A DNA stretch of 64,000 nucleotides from an uncultured Nitrospina sp. (GCA_964344595.1 CAYFNV010000004.1:80959-144958), one strand, 5' to 3'; shown: positions 9,248 through 18,453, numbered from the stretch's first letter. Numbers and translations are program-made. The notes: generated from the sequence alone by a model not told the origin.

Positions 9248-12200
9248 ATGGCCCGTAATCGCAAATTTATAATTCTCCTGATTTTTATCATCACGGTGGC
9301 TTCCAGCTTCTGGCTGGTTTCACGTTATCCGGCATTGGACAGTAAGGCCGCGCTTTCTGGCAGTGAAGCCTTTGAAGACCCTCTCACCCACGAGGCCCAC
9401 TTTCATGCTCCAAGGCACGCTGGCTTTATCATTCAAGTAATCTATACCACTCTAAACTGGTATGAGACCAACTGGCGTGGTATGGCATTTGGCCTGGTTC
9501 TAGCGGCTGGATTCTACACGCTACTCAAATATATACCCCGCCAGTCATCCGACAGGCGCTTCCGCAATAGTTTTATGGGAATGTTTGTAGGGACCCCACT
9601 TGGGGTCTGTGTCAATTGTGTAGCCCCTATCGCCAAAGGCATGTATGAGGGTGGGAGCAAAATGGAAACGGCTTTAGCCGTCATGTTCAGCTCTCCTACT
9701 CTCAATATCATTGTCCTCACCATGTTGTTCTCGATTTTTCCTTTCTACATGGCCGTGATGAAACTGCTGGCGACTTTTATTTTGATCCTCATAATAGTCC
9801 CTCTGATTTCAGAAAAAAACCGGACCACCCCAGAGAAAGAGGCTTCAGAAATAGATCCTGCCGCATCCTGCGAATTAAACTCTCTTCATGAATCCTGGTC
9901 GGCAGCCTTCCAATCAGCAAGCCTGGATTACTGGAAAAGTTTTCAATACATCTTTATCCGAACCGTTCCCCTGATGTTGTTAGCTGGAGCGTTTGGGGCC
10001 CTGGCCAGTCACCTATGGAGCTTTGATAAATTGATCGGCGTTCCGGTCAACCTTGCAAATCTCAGTCTTCTTTCCTTCATGGGTACACTAATGCCACTGC
10101 CAATAGCTTTTGACCTCATGTTGGCACAGGCCATGATGATGTCCGGGCTTTCTCCCGCGTTTGTAACCACACTTGTGTTTACCTTCGGGACATTCAGCAT
10201 TTATTCCGCCATGATTGTATACAGAACTTTCTCGTTTTTACTGGCAATAAAATTATTTGTGATCGTCTTTACCATCGGTATTGGGTTGGGCTATGCCTCG
10301 AACAGTTTTCTGGAACATCGGCATGTTAAATGGTTAGCACAGTATGACCAGGTTATAACAATCTCCGATAATGGTGCAGCAACCTCTGATAATCAGACAT
10401 CAACTTCAGCCAGGCAGGAAGTCAATTCCCCCGAAAAAATTTATTCCCCCATACCAATGGTACGCTACACAGCACCCATAATACTCAGACAGGATAATAT
10501 TGAAGTTCACGCGCTTGTCCATGCTCCCCGTAAAAGTTATGCCAGCAAACCTTTTATCCTGCAATTAGGGACAGAGCTGGGCATCACTTATTCCAATTCC
10601 CTGACACCAGAAATTTTTCTCGATCCGCTTTTTTTTGGGCGGGGCATTGCCTCCGGAGATTTCAATTTGGATGGATGGACCGATATTGCTGTGGCCACCA
10701 ACAATGGATTCGAGCTCTACCAGAACATGAACGGAACACGCTTCAAAAAAATATTCAGCGGTATTGAGTCTTTAAACGGAAAGCAGGCCATTAACATCGC
10801 TCTGGTGGATTTGAATAATGATGGGTGGCTCGACGTGTTTCTGACTACTTTTAATGAAGGAAATTTTGTGGTGCTCAATCCTTTACCCGATGAAGGACGG
10901 TTGCGTGTTCTTTCTGTTCCGAATGAAGGAGCCCTGCTGACCAGCGCATCGGCCTTTGCCGACCTGAATTACGATGGTTTTCCTGACATCGTAAACGGCA
11001 ATTATTATTTGGGAGTATTCACCCGAACACCTGTTAAGCAAGCAGCCAACCAGTGGATTCTTAATCGTGATCTGGAGTTCGAACTGCACAATCTTGAAGG
11101 GATTCCTGGACAAACCCACAGCGTTCTTTTTTCAGACATCAACGCCGATGGACATGCGGATTTAATGGTCGGCAACGACTACAGAGTCGCGGATACTTAT
11201 TATTTTGGCACTGCTGATGAAGGGTTTAAAAAAATACTGCATCGGGACAAAGTTATCCCAATTACAACACAGAACACCATGAGCATTGATACGGGTGATT
11301 TTAATAACGACCTGATCCCTGATATTTATCTCGCCAATATAGGAATGTCACGTGGATTGGATGTAGTCTCGAATATCTTTGGAGCAACAATGCTAAACGC
11401 AGGATTGGATTTTTGCGACTCTGGAAAAACCTTGCTCAGTCGGGAGACCTGCCACCAGTTCAACCAACTCACCACTTTGCTGAATCCGGAAAAGCTGGAC
11501 ATCACTGAACATTGCAACAAGTTAGGAAATCCTCAATGGATCAAGGAATGTATGGTCACACGTATGATCCTGGTTGCATCGAGCAGGAAGTCACCCACTC
11601 TTTGCGATAAAATTTTACCTCCTTTTACTCTAAACCGAACTTATTGCCAGAAATTTTTTCAGGCCGAGTATCTTGAAATTTCCAGAGAAAATGAAATCCC
11701 CATGCAAACCCAATTCAACCTGCTGTTATCTGGACAAAAGGATCATACTTTTACAGATTTATCCAAACAGACGAATATATCCACTGCTGAGTGGAGCTGG
11801 AACGCTCGGTTTGCCGATCTCGACAACGATGAGTGGCTGGATCTCTATGTAGTTAACGGCGTTCCCATCACTCAGGAGTATGCTTCGAACAACTTTTTTC
11901 ACAACCAGAAAGGAAAATCTTTTATCCCTGCACAGAAAGAGTTTGGACTGGATGATCTCGACCACAGTTCTTCCTATACATACATCGATATAGACCGGGA
12001 TGGAGATTTGGACATTATCGCAAATACTTTATATGGTCCTTTCAAGGTCTATACTAATAACAATACTAAAGGGAACAGTGTTTCCATCAAACTGGTCGAT
12101 GAGAAAGGCAACCGGTTTTGCCTGGGGTGCACCCTTATTATCCGCTATGGAAAAGACGGCGAACGCCACCAGATGCGCGAAATAAAAGCCGGGGGTGGAT

Positions 12201-12373
12201 TCCATTCTTACGATGCACCTTTGGCCCATTTTGGGTTGGGGCAATTTGAGACCATCCAGCAAATGGAAATAACCTGGTCAACGGGAGAAACCTCAATCCT
12301 GCAACACAAATTTCCCGCAAACCACGAATACACAATAAGTCGCCAGCGTGACGCTGGACCCAACACCCAATAG
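9248..12373 (+). CDS. Fusion protein: N-terminal multi-TM permease (PF03773/YraQ-ArsP-like) + C-terminal FG-GAP/VCBS repeats with ASPIC-UnbV (CRTAC1-family) domain
   Basis: The N-terminal ~350 aa are polytopic and carry the motif GTPLGVCVNCVAPIAKG...SSPTLNIIVL. The C-terminal part has at least 7 Ca-binding FG-GAP-like units (GDFNLDGWTDIAV, VDLNNDGWLDVFL, ADLNYDGFPDIV, SDINADGHADLMVGND, GDFNNDLIPDIYL, ADLDNDEWLDLYVVNG, IDIDRDGDLDIIA). These are followed by an ASPIC/UnbV-like end (NSVSIKLVDEKGNRF...GGGFHSYDAPLAHFGLG). Confidence 0.8.
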   Translation: MARNRKFIILLIFIITVASSFWLVSRYPALDSKAALSGSEAFEDPLTHEAHFHAPRHAGFIIQVIYTTLNWYETNWRGMAFGLVLAAGFYTLLKYIPRQSSDRRFRNSFMGMFVGTPLGVCVNCVAPIAKGMYEGGSKMETALAVMFSSPTLNIIVLTMLFSIFPFYMAVMKLLATFILILIIVPLISEKNRTTPEKEASEIDPAASCELNSLHESWSAAFQSASLDYWKSFQYIFIRTVPLMLLAGAFGALASHLWSFDKLIGVPVNLANLSLLSFMGTLMPLPIAFDLMLAQAMMMSGLSPAFVTTLVFTFGTFSIYSAMIVYRTFSFLLAIKLFVIVFTIGIGLGYASNSFLEHRHVKWLAQYDQVITISDNGAATSDNQTSTSARQEVNSPEKIYSPIPMVRYTAPIILRQDNIEVHALVHAPRKSYASKPFILQLGTELGITYSNSLTPEIFLDPLFFGRGIASGDFNLDGWTDIAVATNNGFELYQNMNGTRFKKIFSGIESLNGKQAINIALVDLNNDGWLDVFLTTFNEGNFVVLNPLPDEGRLRVLSVPNEGALLTSASAFADLNYDGFPDIVNGNYYLGVFTRTPVKQAANQWILNRDLEFELHNLEGIPGQTHSVLFSDINADGHADLMVGNDYRVADTYYFGTADEGFKKILHRDKVIPITTQNTMSIDTGDFNNDLIPDIYLANIGMSRGLDVVSNIFGATMLNAGLDFCDSGKTLLSRETCHQFNQLTTLLNPEKLDITEHCNKLGNPQWIKECMVTRMILVASSRKSPTLCDKILPPFTLNRTYCQKFFQAEYLEISRENEIPMQTQFNLLLSGQKDHTFTDLSKQTNISTAEWSWNARFADLDNDEWLDLYVVNGVPITQEYASNNFFHNQKGKSFIPAQKEFGLDDLDHSSSYTYIDIDRDGDLDIIANTLYGPFKVYTNNNTKGNSVSIKLVDEKGNRFCLGCTLIIRYGKDGERHQMREIKAGGGFHSYDAPLAHFGLGQFETIQQMEITWSTGETSILQHKFPANHEYTISRQRDAGPNTQ

Positions 12374-12427
12374 CAGATTTTTTAATCGCTTGAACCGGGA
12401 TCACTTATTGCTGGTTGTTGCTCATTG

Positions 12428-12448
12428 CCACCAACGGCTCGCCGGTGG
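12428..12448 (+). terminator. Possible intrinsic terminator hairpin after the 1041-aa gene
   Basis: CCACCAACGGCTCGCCGGTGG forms a 5-bp outer stem plus a short inner stem and is followed by TACAATTTTG. It lies ~55 nt after the stop at 12373. The U-tract is weak. Confidence 0.3.
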
Positions 12449-12487
12449 TACAATTTTGTCCGGAAGGTAATGGAGGCATTTAATATC

Positions 12488-12868
12488 ATGTCACTATGGT
12501 TAATAGTTGGGGTTGGCGGGTTTATCGGGGCGATTTTACGCTACTGGGTCAGCGGATGGATTCAGGGTGGTTTCGTAACCTTCCCTGTTGGCACCCTCGG
12601 AGTGAACTTTATTGGAAGCCTGCTACTGGCTTTAATTATGTATGCCTCCGAATATAGAGGCCTGTTTGGCGAAGAGGTACGTGTGTTCCTGACTATCGGT
12701 GTCTTAGGTTCGTTCACCACCATGTCCACCTTCAGCTTTGAATCTATGAAGCTTCTGGAACAGGACCAACATTTACTGTTTGGTGCCAACCTGGTAGGCA
12801 CTGTCACACTTTGTCTGCTTGCCGTTTATCTTGGAAAAGTTTTAATCACTGTTACAGGTCTGAAATAA
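12488..12868 (+). CDS. crcB: Fluoride ion channel CrcB/FluC
   Basis: The sequence MSLWLIVGVGGFIGAILRYWVSG...GTLGVNFIGSLLL...LGSFTTMSTF gives a 4-TM protein of ~126 aa from the ATG at 12488, which is preceded by GGAGG. The track ORF starts further upstream at 12425. Confidence 0.9.
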   Translation: MSLWLIVGVGGFIGAILRYWVSGWIQGGFVTFPVGTLGVNFIGSLLLALIMYASEYRGLFGEEVRVFLTIGVLGSFTTMSTFSFESMKLLEQDQHLLFGANLVGTVTLCLLAVYLGKVLITVTGLK

Positions 12869-12869
12869 T

Positions 12870-13220
12870 ATGAAAAAAGAATCCGATGCTATTCTTTTAA
12901 GAATATTTATCGGCGAGTCTGATAAATATGAAGGTGTGCCGCTTTCCAAATATCTGGTCGAGTTCTTCAAGAAAGAAGGACTTGCAGGTGCTACTGTATT
13001 AAGAGGTATCAGTGGATTTGGGAAATCCAGTAAACTGCACACCACATCCATACTAAGATTGTCCGATGACCTGCCAATTGTGATAGAAGTGGTGGACCGG
13101 AAAGAAAATATCGAACGGGTTAAACCTAAACTTGATGAAGTGATCGGAGAAGGGATGATTACAGAAGAACAGGTTAAAATCATCCTCTATGAAGGCCGGT
13201 CGACGGGCGGTGGAAACTAG
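12870..13220 (+). CDS. DUF190 (PII-like, UPF0166) protein, typical CrcB partner
   Basis: LLRIFIGESDKYEGVPLSKYLVEFFKKEGLAGATVLRGISGFG matches the DUF190 signature. It starts 2 nt after the crcB stop. Confidence 0.8.
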   Translation: MKKESDAILLRIFIGESDKYEGVPLSKYLVEFFKKEGLAGATVLRGISGFGKSSKLHTTSILRLSDDLPIVIEVVDRKENIERVKPKLDEVIGEGMITEEQVKIILYEGRSTGGGN

Positions 13221-13334
13221 TCAACGACTTTAATACTTTTACGCATCGAAGAGATGAAAATATTTTTCTTGCGGCAATTGTTATCTCCGCTTAATATGCC
13301 GTCCCTGTATTTTGAATCAGAAATTTTTTTGTGT

Positions 13335-13411
<77 letters not shown>

Positions 13412-13490
13412 CTAAAATAAAGCCCACCAGAAAAATATTGCTCTCTTCCCATTTGAATTCTATACGACTGATTCATAGCGAATAGAGCTT

Positions 13491-13640
13491 CTATTTAAAC
13501 CCACTAATTACCATAAATAACAAAATACCTAAAATACTAATACAAGATACAGTAAAAACTTTGTTGCTATGAGGTCCATTGTTTATAATCGAATCCCACT
13601 TCAATACTTTTTCAATGCACATCAACTTAAGGGCTTTCAT
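13491..13640 (-). CDS. Possible small hydrophobic-tailed protein (49 aa), below ORF-track cutoff
   Basis: My translation is MKALKLMCIEKVLKWDSIINNGPHSNKVFTVSCISILGILLFMVISGFK*. A GGAG lies 7 nt upstream of the ATG. It sits in otherwise non-coding AT-rich DNA next to the tRNA, and I have no homology support. Confidence 0.25.
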   Translation of the reverse strand: MKALKLMCIEKVLKWDSIINNGPHSNKVFTVSCISILGILLFMVISGFK

Positions 13641-13928
13641 CGAGAACTCCTATCCTTTTTCATAAAGTAAATTAAGAACTATAATGTAATTAATCTGCAA
13701 ACCGCATACCAGCCAACACTCTATTACAACAAATAAAGTCTAAATGCAAATAAGCTTTATTTCATATAGGGTTAACGATCTATTGGGGAATGGGGAGGCA
13801 GTTTTAGCTTGCTAAACAGGTAGGCAATTTTTTCCTTAGTTGATGAGTTTCCTGAAAGAATTTTGTTTGAATAAATGATTGTTTTTGGCGGATTTCCTTT
13901 GATCAGTTATGGCTTACATCAGCTGTGC

Positions 13929-14297
13929 TCATTTTAGCGGTAAACCGTGAGTAGCCCGGTAGTGCATATCAATCTCATACGTACCGATGGATTTACCCGA
14001 TTCCGCATCACGTAATATTACCTTTTCGTTAGGTGACTTGCAGAGAGCCAGCCAATAACCTATTTCTTCTTTTTCTCCAGTCAAAACCGAGTTCCATTTT
14101 GAAGTCACATATACAACCTGGCCATCCTCTTCTGTTCTATCAATGATCCCGGGCTTAACCCGGATAATGTCCGTCTTTCTGCAGGCCGGGTTGGGTTCTT
14201 CAGGCACTTTGGAAAGTTTATTGACTTCAAAATAATAAAGACCCAGTGCCAACACTATGCAACAGGTTACTATAAGAGTTTTTGGAGATTGAAACAT
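13929..14297 (-). CDS. Hypothetical protein with N-terminal membrane anchor/signal
   Basis: The 122-aa ORF has a hydrophobic N-terminus (TLIVTCCIVLALGLYYF). I recognised no family. Confidence 0.6.
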   Translation of the reverse strand: MFQSPKTLIVTCCIVLALGLYYFEVNKLSKVPEEPNPACRKTDIIRVKPGIIDRTEEDGQVVYVTSKWNSVLTGEKEEIGYWLALCKSPNEKVILRDAESGKSIGTYEIDMHYRATHGLPLK

Positions 14298-14313
14298 TTC
14301 GTTTTATTTAACA

Positions 14314-15051
14314 CTAGTTTCCAAATACCTGCTTTAAGAGATCGGTCACTCTTGCCTGAGGATTGGTCCTGATATTTTTTTCTTCTTCGGCCAGCATCAC
14401 AAACAACCCGGATATAGCTTTGTCGGTAACATAAGTGTCCAGATCCAGTGCCTCCGCGGAGGCAAAGGGAATACTGGCGAACTTTCCCATCATTTCTTTA
14501 TATGCTGATGTAACTCCGGCCTTGTTCACCGTTTTGCTGACAATTGGTTTAAACGCCTGGGAAATTTCATTGAAGGTCTTTTCCCTTAAATAATCTGTCG
14601 CCGCCGTATCACCACCATTCAGCACATTTTTGGCATCATCAAACGTCATATTCTGAACCGCGCCAAGCAAAATATCTTTGGCTTTCGGGGACGCCGCTTC
14701 CGCCGCCCGGTTCATGCTCAGCACAAAATCATCAACGGGTTTTTGCAACCCAATATTTTTTAGCATGTCTGCAACTTTCTGAATTTTCTCTGGCATGGGT
14801 ATTTTAATTTGCGGATTTTCCAGATAGCCATCTAATTTAGAAGAATAACTGATGGCTTTGTCCACCCCTATCGATAATGCTTCCTTAAGCCCTGAGATGA
14901 TTGATTCCTCAGAAAGCCCAACTGCTGCTTGAGACTTATCCTGAGATAAGGAATCCATTCCCTTTTGCAACAAGTTATCAAAGAATTGCGCGTTACTGAT
15001 ATTCGGGCTGAAAATAAAAACAAATAACACAAAAACAAGTTTATATCTCAT
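14314..15051 (-). CDS. DUF4197-like periplasmic protein
   Basis: It has a signal peptide (MRYKLVFVLFVFIFSPNISNA). The segment GLKEALSIGVDKAISYSSKLDGYLENPQIKIPMPEK resembles the DUF4197 signature. Confidence 0.6.
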   Translation of the reverse strand: MRYKLVFVLFVFIFSPNISNAQFFDNLLQKGMDSLSQDKSQAAVGLSEESIISGLKEALSIGVDKAISYSSKLDGYLENPQIKIPMPEKIQKVADMLKNIGLQKPVDDFVLSMNRAAEAASPKAKDILLGAVQNMTFDDAKNVLNGGDTAATDYLREKTFNEISQAFKPIVSKTVNKAGVTSAYKEMMGKFASIPFASAEALDLDTYVTDKAISGLFVMLAEEEKNIRTNPQARVTDLLKQVFGN

Positions 15052-15153
15052 AACAAATATCTCCTGATACCTTGACTATCATCATAACGACATGCGCTAT
15101 TCAACTGAATAGTTACTGCCTGTCTAACAGATTTTGCAATAACCGTTACCATA

Positions 15154-15831
15154 TCAGCCAGCATTTTTATGTTTTTTCATCTGCTTATAAATAATCGGTG
15201 TCATGGCCAATAGACCTAGAAGGGTCAAGGCGCTTATCACCCCCGGCGAAGTAATGTCAGAAAAAGATTGCAGGCTAGACAGATGACTACCGGCGTTGGC
15301 GTAAATCCATGTTGCGGGTAGTTTCCCGATTAAGGTTCCCACCATAAAAACTTCCCAGGAAATCGTGCTCACACCCATTGCAATATTGACGAGAAAAAAA
15401 GGAAACAGAGGAACCAGCCTCAGCACCAACATATAGTGGATATCGTTCTCGCACAGGCCTTGATGAATAGGCTGAAGTCTTTCACCAAACTTGTTTTCCA
15501 CCCAGTCTCTCAGAATATATCGAGCTGCAAAGAAAGCCAACACTGCACCCATAGTTGAACCCAGACTCACCAATAAAGGACCAAGGGGCAGACCAAATAA
15601 TGCCCCGGAAAAGACGCTGAGAAGCGTTGCTCCGGGAAGCTGGAATAATCCTATCACTAGAAACAGAGCCACAAAACCAGCCATCATGGTCAAACCATTG
15701 GACTGATAATAATTCTCTAACAAATTCTGATTTTCCCTGAGCCAGTTCAAACTCATCAAGTCGCCAAGAAAATAATACAGGCTACTTCCAACAATCATCA
15801 CACATAACCCTGCTATTATCTTATTCATCAT
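15154..15831 (-). CDS. TVP38/TMEM64 (DedA-related) family membrane protein
   Basis: The protein is polytopic, with LVLRLVPLFPFFLVNIAMGVS and GTLIGKLPATWIYANAG typical of the SNARE-associated/TVP38 family. Confidence 0.8.
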   Translation of the reverse strand: MMNKIIAGLCVMIVGSSLYYFLGDLMSLNWLRENQNLLENYYQSNGLTMMAGFVALFLVIGLFQLPGATLLSVFSGALFGLPLGPLLVSLGSTMGAVLAFFAARYILRDWVENKFGERLQPIHQGLCENDIHYMLVLRLVPLFPFFLVNIAMGVSTISWEVFMVGTLIGKLPATWIYANAGSHLSSLQSFSDITSPGVISALTLLGLLAMTPIIYKQMKKHKNAG

Positions 15832-15848
15832 AATTTAGAACTTGTTTA

Positions 15849-17774
15849 TCAATTTTTTTCTGTCAGTGACCGTGCAAGGTCCAGGTTTTTTTGTGCGTCA
15901 ATATAGTCCGGGTCAATGCTTAGGGCCTTTTCAAAATGCTCTATGGCTTCTTCAAACCTGCCCTGGCCGGCAAGAGTGCTCCCCAGATTGTTATGGGCTT
16001 TCGTGAAACCAGGATCAAGGGCGATCGCCTCTCGATAATGCTCGATGGCCTGTATTATCTCTCCCCGACTCGACAACAATATGGCAAGGTTATTATGCAC
16101 CTGGAATAATCCAGGATTGATTTCAAGGGCTTTTTGGTATTGCACAATCGCTGCTTCATACTGTCCCGTCTCGCTGAGCCTGATTCCCAGATTGCTGTAC
16201 GCATCGGCATAGTCTTTCTTTAAACGTATCGCATTCTTATAATAATTGATGGACTCGTTTAGCTCCCCCTTGTCCCCCAGCGCATTGCCAAGATTGTTAT
16301 AGGCTTCTGCATAATCCGGCTTAAGCTTAATCGCCTCTCGATAATGATCAATTGCCTGGTCATATCTATTTAGTTCAATGAGGGCAGTACCAAGATTGTT
16401 ATGGGCCACAGCGTAATGAGGATTGATTTTTATCGCTTGTTGGTATTGTTTGACCGACTCTTCGTAACGTTTTTCACTGAACAAGGCATGGCCTAGATTG
16501 TTGTGGGCGATTACAAAACTGGGCGTCTCGTTTTCTACCACGGAAATGGCGTGACTGAAAAGTGTGACACCATTTTTCCAATAGCCTGCCTGAACCCATG
16601 TTAACGCTGTTAGGATAAGAATAAATATACCGGCCAGTAAGGGCAAAAATTTTTGTTTCCCATTTTTCATTAAATCTGACAGACCCCAACTGATGGCAAT
16701 AAAAATTCCTACCATAGGAATATATGTATAACGGTCCGCCATGGCCTGTTCGCCCACTTGCACAATGCCTATCACCGGTACCAGAGACCCCAGATACCAG
16801 AGCCACCCTACTGTAAGATAAGGCATATTCCTGATCCGCTTCACCACCCATACTGTTGCCCACACCAGCACCACTCCACATGCCAGGACTTTCCATGCTG
16901 GCAATGTGTTTCCCGGATGTGGATAAAAAACCGACAGTCTTTGAGGCCACACCATCTTTCCTAAATATTCCAGATAGGACACTAAGGCGTTAGTGAGACC
17001 GGAGTAGAGAGAGCGCAACTCTGTAGAACGTACTGCGTCTCCTCCTTTTTGCACCATGTAGGTGGTAACACATGAACCAACCACCAATATAAAAAGAGGA
17101 ATTTTTTCTATGATTGACGCTTTAATGGATTCTATTGTTTTTTTCATGTTTCCCCAATCCCATCGTTTTAGAGGCCAAAAATCGAGGAGAACCAGAACAA
17201 AAGGCAAGGTCACTAGCATTGGTTTTGCCATCAAACCGAGAGCCAGAAATAAAACCATAAGAAGGTACATCTGGCCTTTTTTTACATAATCGAGATAGGA
17301 CCACATCGTCAGGAACCAGAAAAAAGTACTGAGCAGATTTTTACGTTCCGCGATCCACGCCACCGATTCAACATTCAGAGGATGGAGTGCAAACAATGCG
17401 GCTACAAACCCGCTACGCCATAGTGCACCAGTCATTTTCAGAAGAACCCCGAATAATAAAATGACGTTGGCAATATGAAACAATATGTTAGTCAGATGGT
17501 GACCGGAAGGATTGGTCCCATAAATCTCGAAATCGAGCATATGAGATAACCACGTCACAGGGTGCCAGTTAGAAGTGTAAGACTCCATAAAGGCCCATTT
17601 CATGCTCTCAAGAGTCAACCCCTGTGTGATGTGTGGATTTTCACTTACATAGCGGTTGTCATCAAAATTAAGGAATCCGTGGTCAAGAACCTGCCAGTAA
17701 GTCAGAAAGGTAGTCCCTGCGAGGAATAGACTGATAGCAACTCGCATAACTTTATTGTCTTTATCTGGAATCAT
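15849..17774 (-). CDS. GT-C fold membrane glycosyltransferase (TMTC/DUF1736-like protein O-mannosyltransferase homolog) with C-terminal TPR array
   Basis: The N-terminus is polytopic, with a first-loop acidic motif (GFLNFDDNRYV) and the DUF1736-type motif HPLNVESVAWIAERKNLLS. The C-terminal ~230 aa consist of 34-aa TPR units (AHNNLG/AYNNLG...). The start overlaps the upstream stop (ATGA). Confidence 0.8.
   Translation of the reverse strand: MIPDKDNKVMRVAISLFLAGTTFLTYWQVLDHGFLNFDDNRYVSENPHITQGLTLESMKWAFMESYTSNWHPVTWLSHMLDFEIYGTNPSGHHLTNILFHIANVILLFGVLLKMTGALWRSGFVAALFALHPLNVESVAWIAERKNLLSTFFWFLTMWSYLDYVKKGQMYLLMVLFLALGLMAKPMLVTLPFVLVLLDFWPLKRWDWGNMKKTIESIKASIIEKIPLFILVVGSCVTTYMVQKGGDAVRSTELRSLYSGLTNALVSYLEYLGKMVWPQRLSVFYPHPGNTLPAWKVLACGVVLVWATVWVVKRIRNMPYLTVGWLWYLGSLVPVIGIVQVGEQAMADRYTYIPMVGIFIAISWGLSDLMKNGKQKFLPLLAGIFILILTALTWVQAGYWKNGVTLFSHAISVVENETPSFVIAHNNLGHALFSEKRYEESVKQYQQAIKINPHYAVAHNNLGTALIELNRYDQAIDHYREAIKLKPDYAEAYNNLGNALGDKGELNESINYYKNAIRLKKDYADAYSNLGIRLSETGQYEAAIVQYQKALEINPGLFQVHNNLAILLSSRGEIIQAIEHYREAIALDPGFTKAHNNLGSTLAGQGRFEEAIEHFEKALSIDPDYIDAQKNLDLARSLTEKN
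15864..16376. repeat. 513-bp direct repeat, copy A (3' TPR-coding end of the 641-aa gene)
   Basis: By base-by-base visual alignment it is identical to 17780..18292 (offset 1916 bp). Confidence 0.9.
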
Positions 17775-18415
17775 TTGTCCAGTGACCGTGCAAGGTCCAG
17801 GTTTTTTTGTGCGTCAATATAGTCCGGGTCAATGCTTAGGGCCTTTTCAAAATGCTCTATGGCTTCTTCAAACCTGCCCTGGCCGGCAAGAGTGCTCCCC
17901 AGATTGTTATGGGCTTTCGTGAAACCAGGATCAAGGGCGATCGCCTCTCGATAATGCTCGATGGCCTGTATTATCTCTCCCCGACTCGACAACAATATGG
18001 CAAGGTTATTATGCACCTGGAATAATCCAGGATTGATTTCAAGGGCTTTTTGGTATTGCACAATCGCTGCTTCATACTGTCCCGTCTCGCTGAGCCTGAT
18101 TCCCAGATTGCTGTACGCATCGGCATAGTCTTTCTTTAAACGTATCGCATTCTTATAATAATTGATGGACTCGTTTAGCTCCCCCTTGTCCCCCAGCGCA
18201 TTGCCAAGATTGTTATAGGCTTCTGCATAATCCGGCTTAAGCTTAATCGCCTCTCGATAATGATCAATTGCCTGGTCATATCTATTTAGTTCGCTTAAAA
18301 CTTTTCCGCGTTCATTGTAGGCAATAGCTTCGGTATGTGTACGCTGGTCAAGCACCATCCAGTAACCCAAAAGAGTTACTACGATCACAATAATCAGACT
18401 GATCACAAGTCGCAT
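17771..18415 (-). CDS. Membrane-anchored TPR protein (duplicate of the neighbour's TPR domain)
   Basis: It has an N-terminal TM helix (MRLVISLIIVIVVTLLGYWMVL). The sequence from ELNRYDQAIDHYREAIKLKPDY to NLDLARSL is identical to the C-terminus of the 641-aa protein. Confidence 0.8.
   Translation of the reverse strand: MRLVISLIIVIVVTLLGYWMVLDQRTHTEAIAYNERGKVLSELNRYDQAIDHYREAIKLKPDYAEAYNNLGNALGDKGELNESINYYKNAIRLKKDYADAYSNLGIRLSETGQYEAAIVQYQKALEINPGLFQVHNNLAILLSSRGEIIQAIEHYREAIALDPGFTKAHNNLGSTLAGQGRFEEAIEHFEKALSIDPDYIDAQKNLDLARSLDK
17780..18292. repeat. 513-bp direct repeat, copy B
   Basis: It is identical to 15864..16376. The flanks diverge immediately outside these coordinates. Confidence 0.9.
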
Positions 18416-18453
18416 AGGATTCTGTCTCGCTCAACACTTATCTGGAGGAAGGG

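Noticed and set aside
12374-12487. Fluoride (crcB-motif) riboswitch expected upstream of crcB
   Set aside because: The conserved blocks (GGNGAUG, CCNCC, AAC-GCC, CUGAUGA) are not present. Only a partial resemblance (CCACCAACGGC) exists, and the pairing partner GGTGATG is missing.
16474-16950. 158-aa ORF inside the 641-aa GT-C/TPR gene
   Set aside because: It is an out-of-frame overlap with a well-supported longer gene. It has Gly/Ser/Arg-rich junk composition.
15864-18292. The repeat pair considered as a CRISPR array, IS element or insertion-sequence termini
   Set aside because: There are only two copies, each 513 bp long, fully coding (TPR units) and in direct orientation. There is no transposase and there are no terminal inverted repeats. 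It is a segmental gene duplication.
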